Shown here: positions 47,464-57,626 of the stretch, in pieces
Position numbering within the stretch: position 1 is the first letter of the stretch
Layout: each line of letters begins with the position of its first letter
NCBI GenBank assembly: GCA_965199825.1
Contig: OZ241329.1
Span: forward strand, 832,001-896,000
Source of the DNA: Bdellovibrionales bacterium
Lineage (GTDB): Bacteria; Bdellovibrionota; Bdellovibrionia; Bdellovibrionales; UBA1609
Direction: 5' to 3'
Length of the DNA stretch: 64,000 nucleotides
Position numbers and translations under genes: made by a program
The notes under the pieces: generated by a model
The model's database searches: none
What the model saw: the letters and a program-made list of their open reading frames with translations, nothing else
Told to the model about the DNA's origin: nothing

Positions 47464-48966
47464 TTAAAAATTCTCTCTATTTAAACCGGGCAAAAGGGCT
47501 TCGGGGTTATAGGGCTGCTCGTCTTCGAGACTTGCAACTGGGATCGTACAATATTGGATTGCGAAATGGGCCGATGGTCGATCGTTTCCTGATTTGAGTA
47601 GCCCACCAAATGGCAATTTTGAACTTGCACCGTTTGTGGTGCGATTCAAATTTACCAATCCAACTTTGGCGTCGAGTAAACTCTTTTTGTAGAGTTCTTT
47701 TTGTTTGGTAAATAAAGCCATCACCAGTCCAAAACCAGAAGAATTGTTAATCGATAAGGCCTCATCAAAATCTGATACTTTATAGACCGCCACATTCGGA
47801 CCAAAGATTTCGCTTTTTTGATAAACCGATTTTTCGCTCGGCTTTGTAACCAAATGAATACTTGGAGTGACATAATGACCTTGATGCGAAAGCTCGAGCA
47901 CTTTGCCGCGCATCAAACTCTCGGCCCCCTCACGCCGAGCAATCTCTTGAAAGCGCAAATATTTTTCTACCGCATCGGCCGAAATCAATGGCCCCATAAA
48001 CACATCATTTTTCCAGTGACCAATTGATATTTTTTTTGCAGCCTGATGAAACTTATCAAGAAATTGATCATACACTTTTTCGTGTAAAATAATTCGACTC
48101 GTACCCGAGCATCGCTGACCCGTAGTCAAAAAGGATCCAATCAAAGTTTCATAGACCGCTTTGGAGATTTCGCAATCCTCCCAAATGATCGATGCATTTT
48201 TGCCGCCCATTTCGAGAGCCAAAATCTTGCCGAAGTGAGTGAGAGTGTCTTGCTTTATTTTAAGACCCACCTCATAGGAACCTGTAAACAAAATTCCATC
48301 GACCTGTTCATGAACACTGAGCCGTTTTCCGGTTTCGGCTTGGCCTTGCACCATATTAAAAACGCCACTGGGCAGTTCGGCTTTTTGATAAAGCTCTGCC
48401 ATAAACTGCCCAACAGCTGGAGTTTTGTCAGAGGGTTTAAAGATCACGGTGTTGCCCGCAGCAAGTGCAGGAATGATATGACCGTTGGGCAAATGACCCG
48501 GAAAATTAAATGGTCCAAGTACCGCCATCACACCGCGCGGCTTAAAGCGAGTGTAGCCTGTTACACCTGGAATCGCATTTTCGATTCGCTCTTCGGCAAT
48601 CAGCTTTAACGAATGGTTCAAGGTGATGTCGATTTTTGCGATCATCGCTTTGACTTCGGTTTTTGCTTCCCACAACGGTTTGCCCGTTTCGCGCGAAATG
48701 ATTTCGGCATACTGAGATTCATGATCTTGAAAAACTTTGCCAAGTTTTTTTAAGTGAGCACTGCGCTCGTCTTGTGACAGATGACTCCAAGATTTAAAAG
48801 CGGCACGTGCTGCAAAACAGGCTTGATCCACATGAGAAAATTGCACGCTCCCATCGAACACCGTATCCTTGAGATCGGCAGGAGATTCGATTGATAAATC
48901 GTGATCTGGATTTTCGGGAAGTACAAAACGGCCATCAATAAAATCACCGAGAAAAGAAACGGGCAT
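47464..48966 (-). CDS. astD: Succinylglutamate semialdehyde dehydrogenase
   Basis: GPFNFPGHLPNGHIIPAL, FTGS, LEMGGKN, GQRC, TNGASSKLPFGG..SGNDRPSA. Confidence 0.88.
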   Translation of the reverse strand: MPVSFLGDFIDGRFVLPENPDHDLSIESPADLKDTVFDGSVQFSHVDQACFAARAAFKSWSHLSQDERSAHLKKLGKVFQDHESQYAEIISRETGKPLWEAKTEVKAMIAKIDITLNHSLKLIAEERIENAIPGVTGYTRFKPRGVMAVLGPFNFPGHLPNGHIIPALAAGNTVIFKPSDKTPAVGQFMAELYQKAELPSGVFNMVQGQAETGKRLSVHEQVDGILFTGSYEVGLKIKQDTLTHFGKILALEMGGKNASIIWEDCEISKAVYETLIGSFLTTGQRCSGTSRIILHEKVYDQFLDKFHQAAKKISIGHWKNDVFMGPLISADAVEKYLRFQEIARREGAESLMRGKVLELSHQGHYVTPSIHLVTKPSEKSVYQKSEIFGPNVAVYKVSDFDEALSINNSSGFGLVMALFTKQKELYKKSLLDAKVGLVNLNRTTNGASSKLPFGGLLKSGNDRPSAHFAIQYCTIPVASLEDEQPYNPEALLPGLNRENF

Positions 48967-48999
48967 GTCGAGGCTCCTTTCTCACATCTTAAGGGCCTT

Positions 49000-50013
49000 T
49001 TAGCTTAAGGGAGAAATAAAAACTTCTTCACCATCAGACAAATCCAAAAGATTCCACGCTTGGTCTGGGACCGTGAGCTCATGGCCCGAAATATGGTACG
49101 CGGTGCACGCACAACGAAATTGCTGGTCGCGACAAATACTGACAAGCGCCATTCCACGAAATGCAGCATCTTGTTTTCGTGCCTTTAGTTTTCGGCCTTT
49201 TTTAATTGTTGCCACTTCACGCATTTCGCATCCGATATGGGGGCCACCATCAAAGGGATCGACCTCTTCCTTGTATCGAAATCCAATTTTATTGAGCAAA
49301 TGCATTGCGGCCTGAGTCTCTTCGCCCACCCGACCTAAAACAAGTCGAGCTTTGCTGTCGAGCAAACAGAGATAAATATCTTCTTCAGGAAAAAGACTTT
49401 GGATAAATTGATTATTTTGCGACGAAATTTGATCGGCTTCTTTGTAAGGCATGCCGGTAAATCGACGCCCCAAAGATTCCCAAAATTCACTTCGGCCTTC
49501 ATCTGTTAATGGAGGTGCAAGCTCTGCATGAGCCTCGTTTTCGAATCGATCGAAATTTGCGGCCACATAACAAAAGCGCGAGAGGCTAATGACCCTTCCC
49601 AATTTTTCGGGGCGACGTCGATAGCCACGATCAAGCACCAATCCGCCAAATTCGGTGGGTCCATCTGAATTAATATTTAATCGCAAGATTTGATGGATAA
49701 ATCCCACACCCAAATCTCGTGAGAAACGTTCTTTTTTTAAAACCTTGAAACTGTAATTAGGTGATCCGGCTGTTCCGTTTTTGGCAAGGATCATTGCCGA
49801 CCCCGCAACAAAACTATTTTCAACATCTTCTAAAACAAATAAATATTCAGCGTCTTCTTTTGCAAGTTCACCGTTAAAACTGGCCACACTTTTTTCGAGT
49901 TTGCGCGACAGAATACTTTTATCGGCAGGCAAATTCAAAAGGGTAAACTGCCGAGCCAGATCATAAAGTTGACCAAGATCATCAAGCTGAGCATTTCGCA
50001 CTACAAAATTCAT
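49000..50013 (-). CDS. astA: Arginine N-succinyltransferase
   Basis: LNLPAD, YLFVLED, LSRF, FWESLGRRFTGM, VDPFDGGP. Confidence 0.9.
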   Translation of the reverse strand: MNFVVRNAQLDDLGQLYDLARQFTLLNLPADKSILSRKLEKSVASFNGELAKEDAEYLFVLEDVENSFVAGSAMILAKNGTAGSPNYSFKVLKKERFSRDLGVGFIHQILRLNINSDGPTEFGGLVLDRGYRRRPEKLGRVISLSRFCYVAANFDRFENEAHAELAPPLTDEGRSEFWESLGRRFTGMPYKEADQISSQNNQFIQSLFPEEDIYLCLLDSKARLVLGRVGEETQAAMHLLNKIGFRYKEEVDPFDGGPHIGCEMREVATIKKGRKLKARKQDAAFRGMALVSICRDQQFRCACTAYHISGHELTVPDQAWNLLDLSDGEEVFISPLS

Positions 50014-51350
50014 ATACAAAATCTTTCTATAGCGTGCCGATAAAAGTCGGTGGCTTGTTGAAGTTCACTTAACAAAACACGCTCATTCGGTTCGTGAGAA
50101 TTTCCAAAACTTGTTCCAGGCCCAAAGGCCACACACTCAATGCCTGCTCGACTGAACACGCTGGATTCGGTTGTCGTATTTAAAGCACAAACCTCGGTGG
50201 GAAGCCCCATTTTTTTTGATATTGTTTTAAGGGCTTGAGCAAATTCCGAATCTTGATTCAAAGCAAAAGGCCTTTTTAAATCTTTTAAAGCAAAGTTTGC
50301 ACCTTGCTCAGAGCAGGCCGCCTCAAGTTGCTTCATCCAATTTTCATAAACTTCTTGCGGGACCGAGGGCGGAAATCGGCAGGATCCCAAAATCGAGATG
50401 TGGTCTTCAAAGGTGCGAATCATACCTATGTTCATTGTGGCAAGGGGTTGCTCAAATTGTTGTGCCGGATAATTTTTAAAATCGGCTTCACACACACGAA
50501 TCGCATCGAGCAGCGCTTTAATTTTTGGAACGATCGAATCTCTAAAACCACCCGCAATATCAATCTCCAAAAATGCGGTGCTTGGAACCGTATTAAAACT
50601 GACCCCGCCATTGAGATCCATAATCCCCACGCTCTCAGGAAGCTGACTTAAGTACTCCAACATTTTGATGATGGCATTGTCGCCCATTCCCGGAGCACCT
50701 GAAAGTGCCGATCTCCCATGAAACATTTTGCTCTGGGTGGTGACACTTTCCATCACGTCGTGATTTTTGCGATATTCTTTTTCCTCATCAGAAAATGGAA
50801 GAGTCACTTCGACAACCGCTGTGCCTTGACCCTCGAGCACCAATCGCAGTTCGGTGGGCTCGCCAATCAAAGCCTTTTTTGCATGGATCAAATTTTTGCG
50901 GAGAAGTTTTTGTGCGCCCGTCATTGCCGATTGCGCCCCGAATGTTGCGACCAAAACAAAAGGGCACCTCATCGGTTGACCCAAAAATTGTTTTGCCGCC
51001 TCAAGCTTACATAAAAAATCCAATTTTGAGTCGGCCGATCCTAAACCGTAAATCACATCGCCATAAATACTGGCGTTAAACGGATTACTTTGAGTTTTGG
51101 TCCACAATGCAAAGGGCCCAGGCTCCACCGAATCCAAATGGGTTTGGAGCAAGAATTCATTTTGGGATTTTGGACCAGGCCGAACAATAAGATTTGCGTC
51201 GGTTAAACCCTTTGAAGTCTCGGTGTGGACTTCTGTTTTAAATCCCATTTCGTTTGCGAGCGAAGCTAAATAATTCACAGCTTCTAAACATGTTTGTGAG
51301 GGAGATGAATCCTTGGCAATCAGCTCACGACAACTCTCCCAAAAACTCAA
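50010..51350 (-). CDS. M20/ArgE-DapE family metallohydrolase-like protein
   Basis: HLDSV, GLGSADSK, GEPT, FGPG..SHEPNE; the usual EE pair reads AQ. Confidence 0.8.
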   Translation of the reverse strand: MSFWESCRELIAKDSSPSQTCLEAVNYLASLANEMGFKTEVHTETSKGLTDANLIVRPGPKSQNEFLLQTHLDSVEPGPFALWTKTQSNPFNASIYGDVIYGLGSADSKLDFLCKLEAAKQFLGQPMRCPFVLVATFGAQSAMTGAQKLLRKNLIHAKKALIGEPTELRLVLEGQGTAVVEVTLPFSDEEKEYRKNHDVMESVTTQSKMFHGRSALSGAPGMGDNAIIKMLEYLSQLPESVGIMDLNGGVSFNTVPSTAFLEIDIAGGFRDSIVPKIKALLDAIRVCEADFKNYPAQQFEQPLATMNIGMIRTFEDHISILGSCRFPPSVPQEVYENWMKQLEAACSEQGANFALKDLKRPFALNQDSEFAQALKTISKKMGLPTEVCALNTTTESSVFSRAGIECVAFGPGTSFGNSHEPNERVLLSELQQATDFYRHAIERFCI

Positions 51351-52699
51351 GCCAGCTCCAATAAAGATTTTTCGATAATCGATGCGGCCACTTCAATATC
51401 TTTTTGGGTTGCAACCGCAGGAATCAAAAAGCGGATGCGATAAGGATCATGTCCACAACCAAAAGCGATCAACCCATTTTTAAATAATGTTTTTTGAAAT
51501 TTATTTTGTGTTTCTTTTGATCCATCCAAAGGGGTAAAGGCCATCATCAATCCCATGCCTTCGCACTCTTTGATTAATCCTTTGCAAGTGGTGTTGGCGA
51601 GATGATTGATCGCTTTTAAAAATCCATTATGGATCGCCATGACTTTTCCATCTGCACCCATGTAGCCTTGATGATCGAGAATATTTAAAATTTCTAATCC
51701 GGCATTTAATGAAACCGACGAGCCAGAAAATGTTCCGGCAATCAAACCTGGAGCTGGATTCATCGCCTCGGTATAAAGTGTCGCTCCATTTTGTGCCGTT
51801 TTTGCGATGGTACAAATATCAACATATTCACCAAACCCTAAAGTTTCGTAGGCAAAAAAGTTTCCGGTGCGGCTAAAGGTTTGAACCTCATCGGCCCAAA
51901 TCGGAATTTTATGTTCACGCGCAAGCTCTAAGAGAGGAATAAAGTATTCGCGCGGTGCCACCCGAAATCCGCCCTCACCTTGCATGGGCTCAAAAGTAAA
52001 AGTGCAGATCTCATTTTCGGCAATGTGTTGGCGCATAATTTCTAGGGCTTTTTCGCTACTGCGCGCATCGGCCTTTTTGTAAAATGGCAATCGCAAAACT
52101 TCGTTATAGTTGGGTAAGCCCACTTTAAAATCTGGATTGTCGGTGATCTCGGCCATCATGGTAGAGCGGCCCGCAAAGGCCGAACTCATCGCAAGTATCT
52201 TTCGGGCAGGAGTCGTTTTTTGGCGACAAATTTTAAGCGCATTCTCGTTTGCCATTGATCCACATGTGGCAAGCCATGCGTGTCGCATTCGCGAATTTCG
52301 TGAGGCAAGCTCGACCAATTTTTGGGTAAACAAAATATATTCTTTGTTGGGCTGCAGATTTCCCTGCATCACCACGTCTTGAAGTGCACCTTGCAAACTT
52401 GCGGCAAGGACTTGGGGGTGAGAGTGACCAAGAATATGTATTCCGATGCCATTAATAAAATCGAGTTTTACACTTCCATCTTCGAGTTCAACATAGGCAC
52501 CATGACCGATTCCGGAACCCACATAGTCGTAGTACAAGGGCCTTCCCCGAGCGGCCGCAATATTTTTGAGCTCGGCTTCCATCGAGGTTTTTGAGGGTTG
52601 AGGATGATTTAAGTTTTCACCTAATTTTTGAACCTCTGCCAAAATCTCGTCGATTAATTTTTTAATCTTTGGTGAACTTTTTAATTGTGAACCAATCAT
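51347..52699 (-). CDS. Class III aminotransferase (succinylornithine/acetylornithine transaminase-like)
   Basis: LGHSHP, GSMANENALK, EPMQGEGG, DEVQT, IAK (PLP lysine), GTFSG. Confidence 0.85.
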   Translation of the reverse strand: MIGSQLKSSPKIKKLIDEILAEVQKLGENLNHPQPSKTSMEAELKNIAAARGRPLYYDYVGSGIGHGAYVELEDGSVKLDFINGIGIHILGHSHPQVLAASLQGALQDVVMQGNLQPNKEYILFTQKLVELASRNSRMRHAWLATCGSMANENALKICRQKTTPARKILAMSSAFAGRSTMMAEITDNPDFKVGLPNYNEVLRLPFYKKADARSSEKALEIMRQHIAENEICTFTFEPMQGEGGFRVAPREYFIPLLELAREHKIPIWADEVQTFSRTGNFFAYETLGFGEYVDICTIAKTAQNGATLYTEAMNPAPGLIAGTFSGSSVSLNAGLEILNILDHQGYMGADGKVMAIHNGFLKAINHLANTTCKGLIKECEGMGLMMAFTPLDGSKETQNKFQKTLFKNGLIAFGCGHDPYRIRFLIPAVATQKDIEVAASIIEKSLLELA

Positions 52700-52774
52700 A
52701 TTCAAAACCCTTTCTGATTTTTAGAGACTTGTCCCTAGACAGACTGAAAGCATCTCTCATAGACTCGTGTACTT

Positions 52775-53497
52775 ATGAGATTCTACTTACTCTTTGCATC
52801 GATACTAGCACTCTTGCCTTTATGCGTGCAGGGACAAACTGCCAATTTTGCACAAGGCGTTTCGCAGTTGGAAAGTTCGCACTTTGCCGAGGCCCAAGTC
52901 GAGTTTCAAAAAGCGCTTGATCAGCAGCCCAATAACCCAAAGATCTTATTTAACTTGGGACTTTCGTTTTTTAAACAGAACAAAAAATCTTTGGCCGCAT
53001 CCTATTGGCGCAAAGCATTAGCTCAGCAACCCAATTTAAAAGAGGCCAAAAAAGGGATGACTCTTTTAGAAAAAGATTTGGTTCCCCCAACAGACGAACT
53101 CAGCTTTTTTATGCAAGCTCAGACATCCACAGTCTCAATCCCTTGGCCGCTCATATTCACCGTGGCACTTTTGGTTTTTAATCTTTTAGGATATTTTGGA
53201 TTTAAAAAAAATGTTTTGGCGGTTTGGCTCTTGGCAGCAGCACTCCTGATTGTGATTGCAGTGGGAAGTTTAAAATATCTCGACAGCCAGATTCCACGTG
53301 CAACCGTAATCGAAAACCAAAAACTAAAAGCGGGACCAGATGCCAATGCTCCCGAAGTTTTGGATGTGCTCGAGACTCAAGAGGTTGTGATTTTGCAAAA
53401 GCATGAGGATTGGATTCAAATCAAGATCGGCAATGACACCTTCGGATGGTTACCAAAATCATCTTTGATACAAACAATGGGGCCATCACAATGGTAA
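52775..53497 (+). CDS. BatE-like TPR plus SH3 protein
   Basis: Signal peptide, TPR (FNLGLSFFK), two TM helices, SH3b-like DWIQI..GWL. Confidence 0.75.
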   Translation: MRFYLLFASILALLPLCVQGQTANFAQGVSQLESSHFAEAQVEFQKALDQQPNNPKILFNLGLSFFKQNKKSLAASYWRKALAQQPNLKEAKKGMTLLEKDLVPPTDELSFFMQAQTSTVSIPWPLIFTVALLVFNLLGYFGFKKNVLAVWLLAAALLIVIAVGSLKYLDSQIPRATVIENQKLKAGPDANAPEVLDVLETQEVVILQKHEDWIQIKIGNDTFGWLPKSSLIQTMGPSQW

Positions 53498-54030
53498 AAT
53501 CGATTTGGATCAATCTTTTTCACCGCGATAAAAAAGAAAACGAATTTTTAACCGCGCTCAAGGAATCTTACCTATTTTCAGAACTCAACGCGAGCGAACT
53601 TCATTTTTTAAAAGAGATGGTTCATGTGCGCACCTATCGACCAGGCGAGAGTATTTTTCGCCAAGGTGAACTCGGTCTTGGAATGTACATTATCCATCGC
53701 GGTGCGGTTGATATTTTTGTTGAAGATTTGCAAGTCGAAGACCCGCTCCAACGCTCACTGCTTGTCACCAGATTATTGAGCGGTGATTTTTTTGGCGAGT
53801 CGTCATTGGTCGATGATATTGGGCGACGAACCGCCTCTGCCAACGCGGTGGATGAGTGCACATTGGTGGGATTTTTTAAACCCGATCTGCTAGAAATTGT
53901 GGCGCGCAATCCTGTGACCGGAAATAAAATTTTATTAAAACTTGCCCAAGTCTTATCGCGGAGACTCAAAGAAACCGCCGATCGGGTCAGCGAACTCAAA
54001 CGTGAAATGAAAAACATGAAGGTTGTCTAA
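53491..54030 (+). CDS. Cyclic nucleotide-binding domain protein
   Basis: IFRQGELG, GDFFGESSL..RTASA. Confidence 0.88.
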   Translation: MVKSIWINLFHRDKKENEFLTALKESYLFSELNASELHFLKEMVHVRTYRPGESIFRQGELGLGMYIIHRGAVDIFVEDLQVEDPLQRSLLVTRLLSGDFFGESSLVDDIGRRTASANAVDECTLVGFFKPDLLEIVARNPVTGNKILLKLAQVLSRRLKETADRVSELKREMKNMKVV

Positions 54031-55077
54031 GTGACAATAGGTCTAAAGGCTTTACGTCTCAAACGACTCAGTCAAATTCGGTTAGCATTATTTTTAATTT
54101 TATTAATGCTAAGTTTTGCTTTTATTTTTTTGGTCGACAATATGTTGGTCTCGCTGATTTTGGCCTTTGTCACAACTTACCTTCTTGGTCCTTGGGTCAA
54201 TGCATTTGAGCGAGGCGGCCTTCCCCGCGGACTTGCAACCACTCTCGTATTTTTATTTATAAGCATTTTATTATTTTTGGCAGGCCTGACTTTGTTCCCG
54301 ATGCTGCTGGATCAGATGTCGGGATTAAAAACCGAACTGCCTAAATACTGGGAAGGTCTTAATCGCCTGACCGTGACCATCGAAGATCGCCTGCATGTGC
54401 TCCCCATTGCGCCGATTGATATGAGTGGCCGACTGCAGCGTTTTTTAAGTCAGTGGACCGAAGGTTTTTTTTCGACCTTACCCAATATGCTGTCGCGCCT
54501 CATGACCGTTTTATTTTTGGTGCCGCTCCTGTCATTTTTTATGATCAAAGATGGCCGCAGTCTCACTCGCGGAATGATGGTCTTAGTCCCTAACGGAGTT
54601 TTTGAATTGTGTTTGACCCTGTACCATCAAATCAACGGTCAGTTGGGTCAGTTCGTTCGCGCTCGCTTGCTTGAAGCTTTGATTGTCGGCTTGGTGTGTT
54701 GGATCGGTTTACTGGTGATTCAATTTCCCTACGCCTTCTTATTTGGATTTTTGGCAGGTATTGCCAATCTCATTCCTTACATTGGCCCGATTCTGGGGGC
54801 TGTCCCTCCGCTCGCACTTGCGGCGATTCATGGCTTGAGTTCGCTCGAAATATTTGTTGTGGCGATGATCTATTTGGTGGCTCAGCTCGTGGATATTTTG
54901 TTTATTATTCCATTTGTTGTTGCCCGAATCGTAAATCTTCATCCTTTGGTTGTGATTTTATCTATTTTGGTCGGCGCTCAAACCATGGGGATTTTGGGAA
55001 TGCTGATCTCAATTCCGATGGCGAGCGTGCTGAAAGTCACAAGCAGCGCGGTTTATCAGTATCTTGTGGATCATTGA
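54031..55077 (+). CDS. AI-2E/PerM family transporter
   Basis: Multi-TM; IPYIGP, LHPLVV, GILGMLISIP. Confidence 0.88.
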   Translation: MTIGLKALRLKRLSQIRLALFLILLMLSFAFIFLVDNMLVSLILAFVTTYLLGPWVNAFERGGLPRGLATTLVFLFISILLFLAGLTLFPMLLDQMSGLKTELPKYWEGLNRLTVTIEDRLHVLPIAPIDMSGRLQRFLSQWTEGFFSTLPNMLSRLMTVLFLVPLLSFFMIKDGRSLTRGMMVLVPNGVFELCLTLYHQINGQLGQFVRARLLEALIVGLVCWIGLLVIQFPYAFLFGFLAGIANLIPYIGPILGAVPPLALAAIHGLSSLEIFVVAMIYLVAQLVDILFIIPFVVARIVNLHPLVVILSILVGAQTMGILGMLISIPMASVLKVTSSAVYQYLVDH

Positions 55078-55109
55078 CTTTTAAATCGCTTAAAACTTAC
55101 ACTCGCCTG

Positions 55110-55850
55110 ATGTTCAAAGGCTTTGTTGTTTCGCTTTTATTGTTGTTAACCGCTTGTGGATCGACGGCTAAAATCGATCCCGGAACGGCCGAGGGCGCAT
55201 TTGCCTTGGGCGAAAAATACGAAAAAGATGAGCGCTTTGAAGAAGCCTTGGCTCAATTTAGCCAGGTTAAAAATAAGCATCCCTATTCGCATTTTGCGAT
55301 CGAAGCTAAACTCAAGATTGCACAGATTCATTTCGATCGCGAAGATTGGATCGAAGCCCAAAATGCCTATCAGGTTTTTAAAGAGATGCATCCCCGTCAC
55401 CCTAAATCCGATTTTGTGACCTTTCGATTGGCCATGTGCTATTTAAAGCAGCTGCCTGCAACCATCGATCGCGACCTTGCGGTTTCAGAAAAAGCGGTCA
55501 CTTACTTTGACGAGACCATTCAGTCGTTTCCTGAAAGCGAATTTGTGGCTCAGGCTAAAGAGTATCGTGAAAAAACACTTCGCATGCTTGCCGACAAGGA
55601 AGACTATGTTGGCAATTTTTATTTTATTCATGAGCAGTACGATAGCGCCTTAGGACGCTACGAAGAACTGCTCGAAAAATATGCCGGCTTAGGACTTGAT
55701 GAAAAAGCTCTTTACCGCGCAAGCTATAGCGCAATGAAAAGTGATGATTTACCTAAAGCAAAATTTTACTATCAAAAATTGGTGGGCATATACCCTCAAT
55801 CGGAGAGTGCAAAAAAATTAGGTGGAGAAATCAGTCATGATCTCAAATAA
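55110..55850 (+). CDS. bamD: Outer membrane protein assembly factor BamD
   Basis: Lipobox LTAC, HPYS, HPRHP, DRDL, FPES TPR pattern; start moved to ATG 55110. Confidence 0.88.
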   Translation: MFKGFVVSLLLLLTACGSTAKIDPGTAEGAFALGEKYEKDERFEEALAQFSQVKNKHPYSHFAIEAKLKIAQIHFDREDWIEAQNAYQVFKEMHPRHPKSDFVTFRLAMCYLKQLPATIDRDLAVSEKAVTYFDETIQSFPESEFVAQAKEYREKTLRMLADKEDYVGNFYFIHEQYDSALGRYEELLEKYAGLGLDEKALYRASYSAMKSDDLPKAKFYYQKLVGIYPQSESAKKLGGEISHDLK

Positions 55851-56571
55851 AACCGAATCAGATCTTTTGATTTCGGCTCGCGAGCACTTTCGCGAAAGCA
55901 AATACTCTTTAGCTGAACCTTTACTGAACCAAATGATTTTGCAAAACGAAAAGACCTCCGAGGTCTTTCACATGCTCGGCACTATTTATTATGATCAGGG
56001 AAAATTTAATAAGGCGATCAAAGCATTTCAACGAGCGCTTGAACTTGACCCCTTGTTTACCGACGCGAGTGTGGGTTTAAGTATTATTCTTAATGATCTT
56101 GGCCGCTACGATGAAGGTCGAAAAGTTTTTGAAGATGCCCAAGCCCTCCTTGCTCGCAAATCTTCAACCGAAGACACCTACACCAATGAAAAATTGGGGC
56201 TCAAACACGACGAGCTTGGAGAAATGTATTATCATAGTGGTCAATTTAATGAAGCCGTCGAGCAGTATCTCAGAGCTTTAAGCCTTTCAAAACGCAAAGC
56301 CGAACTGACAATGAAAATTTCTGAGTGCTACATCAAGTTAAGTGAGCACGATAAAGCCCTTAAAGAACTTCGCGATCTTTGCCGCACCTATCCCGATTTT
56401 ACTGCGGCACGAGTTAAGATCGGCCAGATTTATTACGAGACAGGACATGTTCCCGAAGCGGTTGAAGCTTGGGAATCAGTTCGCCAAGCAGACCCCATGT
56501 ACAACGAAGCACAACGACTTTTGCGCCAAGCCCAATCTGTTCGCCACACATCGATGATGGAGCCCAACTGA
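55837..56571 (+). CDS. Tetratricopeptide repeat protein
   Basis: Multiple TPRs, e.g. LGTIYYDQGKFNKAIKAFQRALELDP. Confidence 0.85.
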   Translation: MISNKTESDLLISAREHFRESKYSLAEPLLNQMILQNEKTSEVFHMLGTIYYDQGKFNKAIKAFQRALELDPLFTDASVGLSIILNDLGRYDEGRKVFEDAQALLARKSSTEDTYTNEKLGLKHDELGEMYYHSGQFNEAVEQYLRALSLSKRKAELTMKISECYIKLSEHDKALKELRDLCRTYPDFTAARVKIGQIYYETGHVPEAVEAWESVRQADPMYNEAQRLLRQAQSVRHTSMMEPN

Positions 56572-57077
56572 TGCATGCTGGTATGATCCCATTTATCACC
56601 GAAGCCGAAATTCAAACATTGGTCAGTCAACTGGCTCGCGATATCGAGCGCGATTATGAAAATAAAGAGATCGTGTTGATCTGCCCTCTCAAGGGATCCA
56701 TTTTATTTTTTGCCGATTTGGTCAGAAAAATAAATTCTCCCGCAATCGTCGACTTCGTTCACGTCAGCTCACCCCGTGGCGAATGTGTGCGGATTTTAAA
56801 AGACATCACCGTCGATATTACCGATAAACATGTTTTGATTGTTGAAGAGATCATAGACGCTGGTCGAACTTTGAGTTTTTTAAAAACTCGCCTTCAAGCC
56901 TCAAACCCACGATCGGTCAAAATCGTAGCTCTGCTTGATAAGCCTGCACGTCGAGAACTTCCGCTTAAACCCGATTATTGTGGACGGACCATCGATGATC
57001 GTTTTGTAATCGGTTATGGACTTGATTCTGAAGAGCGCGGTCGCAATTACCGAAACATTTATAACTTTGCGCAGTAA
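56571..57077 (+). CDS. hpt: Hypoxanthine phosphoribosyltransferase
   Basis: LKGS..F.ADL, VLIVEEIIDAGRTL, LLDKP, FVIGYGLD..RN. Confidence 0.9.
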   Translation: MHAGMIPFITEAEIQTLVSQLARDIERDYENKEIVLICPLKGSILFFADLVRKINSPAIVDFVHVSSPRGECVRILKDITVDITDKHVLIVEEIIDAGRTLSFLKTRLQASNPRSVKIVALLDKPARRELPLKPDYCGRTIDDRFVIGYGLDSEERGRNYRNIYNFAQ

Positions 57078-57080
57078 GTA

Positions 57081-57626
57081 ATGAAAAATCAAAACGGTAG
57101 TTTCCTTATCGTTTTTGTTTTTGCACTCTTTATGGTGGCGGTCGGATTTTTTGCGGTTCTTCCCCAAATTTCCCAACCCATCGGTAACTCGATTCAACAA
57201 CTCAATTACGAAGCCCAAATTAAAATCATCCAGTCCAACATCCTTGGCATGTTGAACAATCCAAGATCATGGAAAAATACCTATTCTGCAGCCAGCAACA
57301 CAAATCTTCAGCAGTGTTTTTTAACCCCAACTTATCTGTGTCCTTCAGCACCGCTCCCTTTAGTGATTTATGATTCCAATAATATCATTTATTATGACAG
57401 CACAAATGCGGGCTATGGATTTAAACTCGATGGAACCGTTTGCACGACTTACACCACCGACCCTACCTGTTTATTTCGCTACAACATCACTTGGAATCCG
57501 ATGAACTGTGCACCTGCTCCCTCGTGTGGAGTGCCGACTTTGGCGATCAATCTTAATTTTCAGCTCAAACCCGCAAGTGTCCCAATCAATGCCACAAATT
57601 ATAAATACGTTGTGGTTATCAAGTGA
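57081..57626 (+). CDS. Pilin-like protein (PilX-type N-terminus lacking Glu5)
   Basis: MKNQNG/SFLIVFVF; Cys-rich head shared with the next two ORFs. Confidence 0.65.
   Translation: MKNQNGSFLIVFVFALFMVAVGFFAVLPQISQPIGNSIQQLNYEAQIKIIQSNILGMLNNPRSWKNTYSAASNTNLQQCFLTPTYLCPSAPLPLVIYDSNNIIYYDSTNAGYGFKLDGTVCTTYTTDPTCLFRYNITWNPMNCAPAPSCGVPTLAINLNFQLKPASVPINATNYKYVVVIK

Noticed and set aside
54696..55109. Long N-terminal extension of BamD (similar extensions for galU, hpt, TadG-like and the ParA-like ORF)
   Set aside because: Most overlap neighbouring genes or promoters; downstream starts restore the lipobox or family N-terminus.
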